Translations under genes and position numbers: made by a program
Part shown: positions 26,311-39,162 of the stretch, piece by piece
Position numbering within the stretch: position 1 is the stretch's first letter
Layout of the letters: every line of letters begins with the position of its first letter
DNA from: Vicugna vicugna
Lineage: Eukaryota
Direction of reading: 5' to 3'
Length of the DNA stretch: 64,000 bases
Assembly: GCA_013265495.1 (NCBI GenBank)
Contig: MU058423.1
Coordinates: 9,843,627-9,907,626 of the forward strand
The notes under the pieces: generated by a model
Seen by the model: only the letters and a program-made list of their open reading frames with translations
Told to the model about the DNA's origin: nothing
Database searches by the model: none

Positions 26311-27254
26311 AAACTTTTCCCTCTTACGAAAATCCATAGTCCAGGATCCACTCAAACCTACCTCCTCTGTGAAATGGCTGCTAAGTACTCCAGACCACAG
26401 CGTGAACACACTTGTACGAAACCCTGCCTCGTGTCGTTGTGACACAGCTAAACAAGAACGGGTGTTGCACAGGTGGATTTCCTTCGTGGGACACACTTTA
26501 CTTCCCATCTTAGGTCCATCACCTTGGCTTTCTGCTGTCAAGTTAGACCTAGATTATGGCCTTCTCAGTGATAGCATTTTTGTTTTGTTTTTTTCATTAC
26601 GAATGCGATAGGTTCCCAATAAAGTTTTAGAAACAGAGAAGCATAATAAAAGCATCTAATTCTTCCAACAAAATATTTTCAGTGTTCTTAAAGAGCACTT
26701 GGTGACTATTTTCATTTGCGGCAGGATACACTATTGAGTTCGCACTTCATTATTTACTCAAACATGCCCTGTTGCTGGACATTTGAATCTTTTCATTTCA
26801 TTATGTTATAAACAGTGTGGTTAAACCTGAGTTTCTTTTCTAAGTTTCAACTATTTTCTTAGGATTGATCTAAAAGTCCTGGGTCAGGGAGCCAGTTTCT
26901 ACTACGTATACACCCGAAAGACTTCCAAGCGACGTATGAGAATGTTCATCTCGACGTATTCTCACTAGGATGGGTTTTCATCGTTGCACATATCCTTAGT
27001 GATTCAGTATCTTAAAAAATAGTATGATGTTGATTTGAATGTCTGTAGGTAATGAGGTCTAACACTTGTCTCTGTATTATCTGGGGGAGCAACTATTGGG
27101 GAAATTAGCTCAAAAAGGGTGCCATTGAATCCCAGTAGTTGGAAGACTTTTTGATTTGAGGTTAGATTCCTTCATTTATTCTACAAATATGCTTGGCGTG
27201 CCAGCCATGTATTCAGCACCGGCACTGTGCTCTGTGTCAGACTGGCCCTAAATT

Positions 27255-27453
27255 AGCGGTTCCCAAATTCTGTTCATATCAGGAACATCTGGGATTATTA
27301 AAAAAGAAAAACAAACAGAAGCAAAAACAAACAACTACCGCCTGGCTTCCACTCCCCACATTCTGATTTAACTGTTACGGGGTGTGACTTGGGAAGCATG
27401 GGTTTTCAGAGGTTTCCAGGGATTCCCATGTGCAGGAAAGACTGGGAACCCTG
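27255..27453. mobile_element. MER5A-like hAT-Charlie non-autonomous DNA transposon
   Basis: agcggttcccaaa...ccccacattctgatttaactg...gattcccatgtgcagg...actgggaaccctg; ends resemble the terminal inverted repeats. Confidence 0.65.
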
Positions 27454-29299
27454 TCCGAGCAAAGAAGGATGGAGTCACAGAATACCGTCAGGGATGCTGC
27501 GGCTCTGAGGCATATGAAAAAGACACACACGCATGCACACACACAGACAAAACCACAGCTTCCTTTGCCTTCATTAGGTTACCACAGACAGCAGCTTTGA
27601 ACAGTTCTGCTCGGATGGGTCCGAAAGGATAAGGCTAAGCTTTGGCAGAACAAGGCACCGATGATAAACCAAATAGCTATTGACTGTCTCAGTCTGAATC
27701 TTAGTTTTGATTTGAGAAGCCTGGGAGCCACAGATGCATTAATATCCGCACCGTCACTTGTCAGTCAGCTGGGTGCAGAGTTCTGCCGAGAAAGCCACCG
27801 TCAAACCAGAAGTCAAGTTACCCAGGATGCCCGGTAGCAGACATTAGTGTCATATAAATATACTTAGTATTTTGATATATCTGAATCATGTTATTTTAAA
27901 ATAGTGTATGCTTCCTTATTTTTCCTCTGAATCGCTCGTTAGAGTCTCTCTTTCCTAGCAGATATACGTAGAGTGGGTGCAAAAGTTTTTACCCATCTCC
28001 TTTTGACTCAGTTATCAGAACATTCAACAGCTGCTAGGGCAGAAGCCCCCAGTCTTAGACAGGCTTCCTTCACTGCACTGCCAGTCTGCACAGCATTAGT
28101 GCAATTCAGACGGAAATCCTGTAGAGAAGCAATATTGCTAACAGACTGCACTTTCCCAGAAAATCTGACCTCCCAAATTTGATTTATTTAACATATTTGC
28201 ATGTTAATGGATTTTTCTGAAAAGGGTAATCTCATCAAGATGGGCTGCTGTGGTTTTACTGAGTAATTCACAATCTTCGGCTCATTTATATGTATTTATT
28301 AACATGTAGAATGAATATTTGCACAACGCATAGGCACATATGGAGGACGACCACCTGAGATGCACGTTCACAAATTTCAAAGGCTGAGCACTTGGTATTC
28401 TGGCTCCTTTACAGATGTTCCTCCTCTAGTTTAATGCAGTCCACTGAGTCAGTCTCCCGGTTTTAAGGTGAATGACAACCAACACATCTGCGGTACCCTG
28501 CAGCTTACAGTACACGCTTTTCACATGCATTAACTCATTTAATAACATGCCTGACGTCTTGGAAAACTCAATAACCTTCTGAGGCTACAAGAGAACCATC
28601 TGAAGGACCAGTTCCTCCCTCCCCAGACTCTGTCACTAACCTTCAGCAATGCAAGTTCCTAAACCAATCCTGACTAAGCTGTCACATTTAGGTATGGCCA
28701 TGGACGTGGTCAGTGGGTGTGGCCAGAGGGGGACCCACTACCTGATATAACCAGATTAAATACCGGCCCTCTCCCATCCACCAGCCCGAGCCTCCTTCCA
28801 AACTCCATCCTCCAGCCTCAGGTGTCACAAACATGTTATTTTCCAATGTCTCTTTCCTAGTTCTCTAGCCTGTCACAGGAATGGCATGCTTTCCCCTAAC
28901 CACTGGGACAGGCTGCCTGTTTCTGCCCGCTGCTACCTTGAGAAGGGGCCCTAGCAGAAGTCAGTTTATCTACATTCTCTCCAGCTATTGGATGGGAGGT
29001 TTCTATTAATATGCTGAATTCTTGTTTGAAATGTTCACAATATTCCTTAGGATAATACACACACACACACCCCAACTTCAAAAGAATGTTGCAGGTATGT
29101 TTCAGTGTTCTTTATTCCTAAGCATTGTATTTTATCATCTTTCAAATGCACGTAAGGCAGAATTTATACCATTCCTTATGGGATTAAAAAACTCTCACAA
29201 AGTGTCACCTTTATGTGTAAGAACAAAACTATAAAAATTTCAAAACTCCTATTAGTATAGTGATGACTTTTCTACAATTGTCTAACACTTCAAATATTT

Positions 29300-29675
29300 C
29301 CTTTTTTATTTTTTATTGATGTTTTGTGTACAGTTCTATGAATTATGACCCATGTGTAGCTCAGATAACTGTCACAGCAGGTGGGCTGCAGGCAGCCCCC
29401 CAGCCCAAAGAGCACCCTTGTGCTGTTTCCTCATAGTCACACCACACACCCACTCCTAGCCTGTGGGAACCACTGATCTGCTCTCTATCACGGCCGATGT
29501 GTCTTTTCAAGAATGACATAAAAATGGAATTGTACCATATATAACCTTTTGTGACTGGCTTCTGTCATTTGGCATGAATTTGAGATTCATCCAAGTTACG
29601 GAGTTTTACTCCGTTTGACTCCTGAGTGGTATTCCTCAATATGGATATACCACAGCTTGTTATCTATTCAAGCGC
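29300..29675 (-). mobile_element. Old L1M (L1MB/L1MC-like) 3' end
   Basis: ggaaccactgatctgctctctatcac...aatggaattgtaccatatataaccttttgtgactggcttct...gagattcatccaagtt. Confidence 0.75.
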
Positions 29676-31090
29676 ACCTTTTAATATGTTTGTATTAAAT
29701 AGAAACGGCAGCTGTAGAGTTGGCACAACATATTAAAACTGTCAATAGGATGCAACAGAAGTTTCCTGGGAACCAGCCAGATCTAGATTCAAAAATCAGT
29801 TCTGTGACGTATTAATCGTGGGCCAGTAGGAAAATCTCTCTGAGATTCAGATTTGGCAAAGTGAGGGGTAATGGAACTGATCTTGTAGGGTTCTAGAAAT
29901 AATTAAATACTACTAAAACATGTGAAGTGTCTGGCACATAGTAAATAGACAAATGTGCCTGTATTACCTCCCATCTGCCACTAAGTTAAGGTAGCATAGT
30001 ATATATTTTTGGAAATTTTTAGCCTCCTGATCCTCAGGTGTGGAAACTCATAATACTGACTTTATTATCATCTGTTTTATGAGCAGATGGGAGGTAATCT
30101 AGCTTTACTATGGCTGGTTCAGATCTTCACTGAGTGTAAATTCTTAATAAATATGTCTTTAAACAAATGTAAACCATGAGTTTGCATGCTTTTCTAGCAC
30201 ACGGTTATCTTATGGAATAATTTTCTAGGGGCCAGAATCTGGTAAGCTTGTTTAGAGCAGCCCCAACAGAACAGGGGGCCCCTGTCACCTGACGACGCCA
30301 TACAACGGATACGTATATTATCTGCTCCTTGTCATGCGGATCCTAGCCAGCCAGAGGGAAGGAGGCAACATTTAAACACACAGGTGGCTTGGGTGACTCA
30401 GACAGCCCTGGTAAAGCCTCTGATGAAGCTGATTTGTAAGCATTCTTATCTCACTTGATACTGGACTCCATTACTTGCCAGTAATTGATTTGTTGCAATT
30501 CCTGGAGCGTAGCATCTGGCTTTCTTATCAATACGAGCAAGAAGCAGCAATTAAATTTCTGACCCAAAGGTTAAAAAAAGTACATGTGTGCGCTTAGCCC
30601 AAACTGCCCATGCTTTACTCATTTTCTACTTCTGGCTGCATAACTGAGGAAGACTGTCCTTCGGATACCGGCATTTATAATCTGAAAATCACGTTGAGGA
30701 GGATTTTAGAGCAGTTGTATTGCCAAGGAAATCGTTAAAGTTATTTGCATTGATTCCATTTTAACTCATGCTTTCTGACTTTAACAACGAGGTAATAAAA
30801 ATTTACTTGGTCTCAAACAACTTTAAAGAGTTCAGCTGGAAATCTATCAGATTGGGAGGCACGCACATCATTAAAAAGTGAGTAAATATAACTTTTTTCC
30901 TAATGTTACAATTTATGAGATAACCACCTGCATATTTTGGCAATCAAGCATATCTGTATTGATGTTGTATAGGTTGATCCATTTGAAGTTGCCAATAACC
31001 AACTATTTTTCAGCCACAGAAATAGCAATTTCGTGTGGTTCAGCGTAATTAAATGTTCTAATATAATGAATTAGGAGAGCAATGGGATGC

Positions 31091-31470
31091 TGCTATGAAC
31101 TGAATTATGTTCTCCCACCACTCATACATTGAAGCTCTAACCTCCAATGTGACTGTACTTGGAGACAGGGCCTTAAGAGGGATAACTAAGGTTAAATGAG
31201 GTCGGAAGGCTGGGACCCCAGTCTGATGGGACTGGCGTCTTTGTGAGAAGAGGAAGCGCTACCTCTCCACGCGAGGACAGAGGGAAGACAACGTGGAGAC
31301 GAGGTGGGGAGGTGCTGTCTACAAGCCAGAAAGAGAGGTCTCGCAGGAAACCAACCCTGATGGCATCTTCCTCTTGAACTTCCAGCCACCGTAACTGTAA
31401 AAATACGAATTCTGCTGTTTAAGCCACCCAGTGTGGTATTTTATTATGACCACTCACGCAGACTGATACC
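31091..31470 (+). mobile_element. MLT1A/B-like ERVL-MaLR solo LTR
   Basis: tgctatgaactgaattatgttctccc...ttgaagctctaacctccaatgtgactgta...ctgtttaagccacccagtgtggtattttattatg...gactgatac. Confidence 0.85.
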
Positions 31471-34400
31471 AGTGTCAATCTCCAATCCTGAATCTTCCAC
31501 TCTTGGTTCAGTAGCTAAACTGGATTATCCGACCTTAAAAAGACAGGGGGCATCTACCTCTCAAGCGTATGGTCTCATTCCCAGGCCCCTCAACACCAAA
31601 ATGACTGTCACTCCAGAGCAGCCTGTTTTATGCTGCTGCAGAATTCCAAACAGCTGTCTTGATTACTAAAAACCTGATGCGTTCCGATTGGACCTCACAT
31701 ACACTGGAAGCCTCCATTAAGTGGACTAGTTTCAGTGGCAGCGTTGTGCACACCCCTTTCTGGAAAGCAGGTAAACCAAGACTGATGCTGCCACGTCTCT
31801 CCAGTCAACGGGGGACGGCGGGTGGTTGTAAGGATCAGAGCTGAGTGAGTAACAGCTCTCCTGTTTCAGCACATGGTAGTCAATCAATAAACAGTATTGT
31901 GGTTTCAAGTATATAAAAATATATTTCAGGTATCTTCTTTTCACAAAATGTCCAGTGTATCCTACCATCAACACTTACAAAAATCAGTCTCCTATGTCTT
32001 GAACCACTACGGTAACGCACAGTAAGAACTGAGCTTCAAAATAATGGCCCTAGGTCAGATCATCACAGAAAAATGTGATATGTTCAGCACTCTGATGACT
32101 AATTTAAGAGTTCCGACAAAAAACGTACAGGGTTTCTATTAATAAAAGCAGTAGTTCCCCAGGATACCCAATTTTATGAGACTTTTATGAAGTTAATTAA
32201 GATTTTACTATTCATGTTCTTCTGTTTTTACTGGAGAGCCACATGAGCCAAAAGTATTAAAGCAAGTTGTCAGGTAGTGGAAAACAAAGGACAATGTTTT
32301 ATCCTTATCAACGACATTAAATTGAAGACGTCATTACACACTGAAGCATTGATTATAAAAATATGATTGATATAATACTGAAATATGATTAATTATACCC
32401 AATTTAATAAGAAAGTAATAATCACGAGAGTAAACAAGACAACATGTGCTGTGATTGCTCTCTTCCAAATACTTCCCCACTTCCTTCCAAAGTGACACGA
32501 TCTCTAAACACTTACACGGTAAAGCTAATTTTTCTACTACATCTCCCAATTCAGTAATCAAGACATTCTTTCTTTTCTTGACCAAAAAATTACTTTCCTT
32601 GCTTATAGTTGTAAATTTGTATGCGGGAAAAAGCCCAGTCATTTAATAATCCATTCAAGGATGATGAAATTTAGGGCAGAAATTCATCATGCCAGAAGCT
32701 TTTGTGCCCTCACTAAAATAACATTCTGAAAAAACCGTCTGATTCTAAACGAATAGCTGATTATGGGCCATGCGTGAACATCAGTAACTGTTTTGAGTGT
32801 CTGGTTTCTGTTATATCTTTGTTTCAGTCATTACCTAGTGCACTGAAGGACATCCAAACCAATGCAGATTACCATTCACAAGCCGCATCTTTGACAAAGG
32901 ACCCGCAGCTGTCATCAGCATAGTTTGCCCCACATGCTCCACATCACGGCTAAAGAAATTTTGTTTCTCAAAGTGATGGCAGGATTTGTGATTTTGTTTA
33001 TCATAGGGCACATAATGACTTTCAGGTGTCTTCAAGTAACGTGAAGTGACAAAGACAGTTCAGCAGAATTTTATGCAGGCACATTTCCAAATATATCAAT
33101 AAAAGTTTTGCTGATCCAGCAGAGGCAGGATTAATTATACCAGAAGAGTAACAATAGCCATAATGATCATTTATTGTGGTGAATGGCCAATGTTGTACAC
33201 CACATCTTGGTGAAGCAGGCAACATTAGTCTCAGTTTAGGACACGACAGAAACTGAGAAATTAAAATGACTTGGCCAAGATCCCTCAATTATGAATTTAC
33301 AGGGTAAAGACACAAACTCAGTCTTGTGGAGTCCTCAGTCCTTGGGCTTATCCATCATACTTAACTGACACACTTCTATGTTCTTATCCTTAACAGCTGT
33401 TTAAATTCATTCTTAGGGAACTAGAATATTTTGAAACTTTCTCTGATGTTATGGATCCATAGATTTATACTTAACAAAACAATGTTTTTTTTAATCATTG
33501 AAATATATGGTAAGCAATTCAATGTTCACATACATGGTAACAGACCACACAGCAGTTAATCTAAGGTTTTAAGGTTTTGTGAGTTGGAACTCAGTCAGTG
33601 ACGGGGACAAAATCCAGGACCCACATAGATTAGGTATTCTCTCTTCCTAATTATAATATGTTTTCTAATGCAGATTGTCCGGTGCTTTACTGTTTATGAA
33701 GTATTTTATAAATATAAGCCTTTCATTAACCCAGTTTTACAGATGAGCAAACTGAAATTCAGAGAGGCTGTGTCATGGCCACACAGTTTAAGTATTAGCA
33801 GAATGTTCCTATTAACTTCTGCTAAATTAAGAATTTAAAATTTTAATACAGGAAATAATTTTAAATAACAGCACATTAGTTAAAATTTTCTGTTCTTTCC
33901 CAGCTTTAATATTTTACAATTTTTGGCTCTTTTACTTGGTCCATCAATTTCATGCCTGTGCCTTTGGTGAAATATAAGTAACTAGGTTTTCTAATAAAAT
34001 ATGTGCTTCATTTGTGATCACTGTTTTGAAAGTGAAAATTTTAAATATTGGAAACGTAGAGGAATAGAATAGCTGTAATACAGTCCCAGAGTTAGGCACT
34101 TTAAAAATATCTTAGTGGTTCTAGCTGAAGAAAAGTACCATTTATCCAGGTCAGAAGCATCTTGTTTTTGAGATAAACATCCCATTACAGCTGGAACCTC
34201 AAAGACAGACAGACAAATTACTATCTCAGCTCTATTTCTTCCTGTTTTCTTGAGAAAGCAGTTACCTCCTAAATTAAGCACTGATGATCATTCTGTGAGA
34301 ATGCAGTATGGTATGACGTCAAAAATAAAGAGATCAAAGGTGTAATCCCAAATGTTCCTAGATCTCTTTCGTTTGCCTTTCAGGATGTTGTATCTTTGAA

Positions 34401-36589
34401 TGCATATGAATGTGTTTAAGCACAACATTTCTTGAATTAACCAGTCCTACATATTAATTCTTATTCAAGCTTCAGGCGTGTTCTCCATATCAAATTATCT
34501 GGAAGTTAGTAAACTAGTTAGTGTATTTGTTCATTCTCTAGATTCAAGTCAATAAAGATCTGTTAAGATATTGCCTTTTGCAGTTCAATAATTATTAGAA
34601 TGAATTAGCAGATGCCCTTACTTATTCTGAATGCAGTTATCTGGCTTTAAGAAAAGCCTTTTTTCCAAATCTATTTCCATCAGATCTTCTACCAATCTAT
34701 ATGTTAATATTTAAAGTTCCTCACTGGTACAAAGTCATGCAACTTGTCACACCCATGAATCTCCTTAAACATCTCTAGCTCAAATTGAGCATTACGAAAA
34801 CAGATATTTGTTGTTTTTAAAAAAGGATTCTATTCTTCTTTGGGGGAGCTTCTCTAGTCCATCTTATGTAAAGCCTTCTGAATTCTTTATACCTCACCAT
34901 CTCAGCTACTCATTGAAAGTAATGTTACTTATCTCTGTTTTTGCACATGGAATGAGAAAATTTCAGGAAAATGCCTGGGTTTACCTCTGAGTTACCTGAA
35001 ACGCATATACACCCATGTTTATAATTCTGTATCTTCTTTGGTCCTTGGAAATGCTCGGGCATCTCTGCCACAAACATTCTGTCTACAAACTAATGAGGGC
35101 CAAATCCTCAAACCTTAACAGAAAATCTCAATCCGGCTCCCCATACTCACAGATTTGTTGTTCAGAACCCAATTGGTCATAATCTTGAGAAGCCAGGTCC
35201 ACCTCCTGTTCCCTTCTAGCAGACACCTTAGGTTCTTAAAGTTAAAGAAGGTCATACATTCACTCAAATAGCCATCCACAGATATTCGATGCTTGGCTTC
35301 CAAGGACTATTCAGTTGGTCTCTGTACTTGCTACCAACATAAAGGTCCCCTCCACCCTGGCTTTTTGTAAGTCTGTCTGCTAGCTATAAAAGTTATAAAC
35401 CATATAGACGAGGACCACATCTTCCTATGCCCATGTGGCTTCTTACTCTTACTAGAGCATGAATATCCCGGCGGAGAGATGGGAGGCTTTGGAATTGATA
35501 AGCGATTACCCTAATATCTGCCCCAGTATTTATCACAGCTCATGTTTTATAGGTAGGGAGACATGGTGGGATGGAGTGGTCGTTAAGTTGTACGCAAGTA
35601 AATATACTATGAATCCCTGGAAGTTGGAAGATAAAATAGTTATAAATACTACATTTTGGACCTAGATTGTCCACTTTGGTAGGAACTGAGATGGGGAGAA
35701 TTTGAAGGACAGGACAGTGTTTTGTCAGGAAAGACCAACCTCTGTCATACATTTGAAAGTACAATGATATGCCTAAGAATTAAACTAAATTAAGCATTTG
35801 GGTAGGACTCCAGAGGATTAAACATGAGTAATGCCATCTTAAATCTAGAAACAGAAAGTTAAATTAAGAATTGAGGCAGAGTTCCAAAGGAATCTTTGAG
35901 GTTGAAAATATGTATTTAGGAAAAGAATTGGCTTAAATGATTTATAAGAAAATAAAGCAAGGAAACACCCGAAGTACTTACCTTCTTTGTGCCAGGCACC
36001 TTACATACTCTCATTCAATTGTCAAAATAAGCCCAGAGGTAAATAAACCTAGTTCACCGTGTCCCCAGAGAAGCTCAACTCAGAAACGTAAGTAACCAGC
36101 CAAGGGCACATAGCTCACACTCTTTCAACCACCTTGCAGCATTTCTGCAAGGAACCAATCTGCTCAAATACTCATGGAAGGTTAATTTAATGTTGTTATC
36201 TTTATAATGTGAGTTAGGATTCAATATTAACTTTGAATTTCAGCACTGGATGGTTAGTCAGCCATGCGTGAGTCAACAACACTATTTGACCATCTAACGT
36301 GTAAATGACGGGGATATTGAGAATTCTGAAGGGAAATAATATCTTATTCTTGAGATAAATACCATCTGAGAGAGAAGACAGAATGTGCCCTGATCGAGGG
36401 GAAAATATATACTCTTACAGAAATATGGATACACCCAGAATCATTTTGTAAGCAATAAAATGAAAAAGAATTGATTGGTGGTGGGTGTTAGAATGACATG
36501 AGTTAAGGCAGGCTAGATACATGTGTGACCAGAAGTTACTTTTTATGGAATTTAAACAGAATGTTCCAGACATAATGAAACGAGCGTCA

Positions 36590-36760
36590 ATAATTCTCAT
36601 ACCAACCCTGTAAAGTCAGTACTAGCATTATTCCAATTTTTCCTGGTGATGAAACTGAGGCAGAAAGAAGTCAAGCACGTGGCCCAGCTTTCCAGAACTG
36701 GTAAGTGGCAGGGCTGGGATGTGAACTGAGGCAGGACCAGAGTCGCTGCCCTTACATCAC
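36590..36760 (-). mobile_element. MIR
   Basis: aattctcataccaaccctgt...gatgaaactgaggcagaaagaagtcaagcacgtggccca...gtaagtggcagggctgggat. Confidence 0.7.
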
Positions 36761-38814
36761 CCTCACACCGTCAACATCAGCGTGCCGAGTGAGTGCACAG
36801 GCTGTGTTTATCTCGGGCCATAGACTGTGCTTCCCTCCCCTTGACACAAAGCTGATATGTGAAGACACTTCCCTGTGTTCTTAGAGGAGTAAGTTCCTTA
36901 AGTTATTCAAAGGTAAATACCTACAATGTACCATACACGGCTCACGCTGGGGTCAGCAGTCAACAGGACAGCCAAGGGCCCTGCTTCGTTACACACACAG
37001 TAATAGGCGCTCATTACACCCTAACAATGCATGACCATGCATTTTAATTTCGAAAATAATGTACATATTCATTAGTTTGAATAAATTACCTACAGTAGAC
37101 TCTCCTTAATCCAGAGTTACCCTTAAAAACTACCCTTTAAAATTAACACCATTTTTTCCAAAAATTCTATTAAGTAGGAAGGTTTGGGGCATTCCTATTT
37201 AGAATCAGAGTTGCAGTTTAAATACCCTTACAGTCTTAGATTTTCTGAATGTAGCACGGCACCATGTATCTTTGTAGTAGTTACATTTTCATAATTTAAG
37301 CCTTTCTTGTCCGTTTAGGAACAGTTTACTCCCACTGCCCAAAACTGCTTATTATGTAGGTTGTTCAGCGTTGTTTATCTGGTAAGCACTAAGTAATTCG
37401 TTATTAAATGATGTCTGTAACAACGTGGAGAGTAAAATATTCTACATTAAAGAAATTCACACTGCCATTATTATCTCATCCCTAAACTACCAGTCATTTG
37501 CCTAACTTAAACAGCCTTCTAGCCTAAAAATGTTTTTTTTCCCTGATGATGAAGACCTGCCTCTAAAAATCATAAAGCTACAACTCATTAAAATAAACAA
37601 ATCTACAAATCTGCTAAGGTGAGAAGGGCAGGGCTCTAGGAAGCATTTTCACCTCCTCGCCTTGTGCACACGCTTCCTTACCTGCCCTCTGGGGTGGAGG
37701 GTGTGGGCAACGTCCGGCTCCACTAAGCAACCCCAGCCCTCACCCCCTCAGTCGCTGCCTAAGCTTGCAGGCAGGGGCCCAAACGGCATCACGAAGCCGG
37801 CTCCCTACGCACATGCTACTTACATACCCACGCACACGCGTGCATGCCCAACACATGGGTGTGTTGTGTATGCGTGCGGGGTGAGCCCTCTTTGTCTCCC
37901 TCTCCTGTCACTTAACCCCCGGGGAATCCCCGCGGTACCTGGGAAATCAGGGAATGGCGAGATGAGGCAAACGGACCTTCTCCCTTCCCTGGTGGCTGCC
38001 ACCGCGCGGTCCCCGGAACCTGCAGTGCCTCCTCTCACAAGCAGCTAACAGAGGGAAACTGAGAAGATGAGCGAGAGAATACGTGAACGAGGAAGGGGCC
38101 GTTATACAGGAGAGCTTTGATTTCCGTTTTTACATACAAAGCCCTAGGCAGCTGGAAGGGAGGCAAAGAAACTCCGAGTGCAAAATCCTCTAAAATGGTT
38201 TTTCTAATCGCGCCTGGAAACCAGCGCTGGGCGCGTGTCCTGCGCGGGGTTAAGGAATTCAGGGCTGCAGCCGGCCGGGCGGCCCGGCACCTCGCGCTCC
38301 GTGGGGCTGCGCTCGGCAGACGCGCGCACGCAGCCTCCCCAGGCGCTGTGCGGGTTTCCTAAACCGCCCAGCTGCCGCCTCAGAAGGGACTTTCTAGAAG
38401 CAGCGCTCGTCCGCTACTGCCTCCCCTCCCCCCGCTTTTTGGTTTTTACCCCTGCCGGGAGCTTCTCCCGCTCCACTGCGTCCGCCCTCCGAGGGGTACA
38501 GGTGCCGCCGTCCCGGCTGCCGCCGCCCGGCCCGGCCCTCCTCCGGCGGGCCCGGGGGCTCGGCCCCGCGCAGCTGCATCGCCAACGGTCTCTGGTCGGG
38601 GCGCCGCGGCCGCTTCCCGCCGCCCGGGACTCCCCGCCCTCCCGCGCGACCCCGCGCCCGGGCGGGCGGCGCTTGCGGCGGGCAGGGGGCGGGGAGGGGA
38701 GCGGGGGCTCGAACGGGGGTAGCCGCCTCCTCCGCAGCCTGCCGGCGCCTGGAAACCCGGACTGCCTCCGCCTCGTCCTGCAGCGGCTCCATCCCGCCTC
38801 CCGCGCCTCGTCCT

Positions 38815-38846
38815 CCCGCCGCCCCCGCCGCCGCCGCCGCCGCCGC
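38815..38846 (+). repeat. Interrupted (GCC/CCG)n trinucleotide tract in the putative 5' UTR
   Basis: cccgccgcccccgccgccgccgccgccgccgc, about 80 nt upstream of the ATG. Confidence 0.85.
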
Positions 38847-38925
38847 GCCCCCGGCGGCTGCCTCGGCGGACCCGGGAGGGGGCCCGTCCGCCACCCGCTC
38901 GGCTCGCCCGGCCCGGGAGGCGTGC

Positions 38926-39162
38926 ATGCCCCTGCTGCCCGCGGCGCTCACCAGCAGCATGCTCTATTTCCAGATGGTGATCATGGCAGGGACGGTGATG
39001 CTGGCGTACTACTTCGAGTACACGGACACGTTCACCGTGAACGTGCAGGGCTTCTTCTGCCACGACAGCGCCTACCGCAAGCCCTACCCGGGCCCGGAGG
39101 ACAGCAGCGCCGTGCCCCCCGTGCTCCTCTACTCGCTGGCCGCCGGGGTCCCCGTGCTCGTG
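38926..39162 (+). CDS. PLPPR5: Phospholipid phosphatase-related protein 5 (PLPPR5/LPPR5/PRG-5), first coding exon, 79 codons, phase-0 donor
   Basis: Translation MPLLPAALTSSMLYFQMVIMAGTVMLAYYFEYTDTFTVNVQGFFCHDSAYRKPYPGPEDSSAVPPVLLYSLAAGVPVLV matches the recalled PLPPR5 N-terminus. It ends at GTG|GTAAGC, a canonical donor, after 237 nt and lies in a CpG island. Confidence 0.96.

Noticed and set aside
27212..27232. REST/RE1 site (TTCAGCACC)
   Set aside because: Only the left half-site is present; the GGACAG right half is missing.
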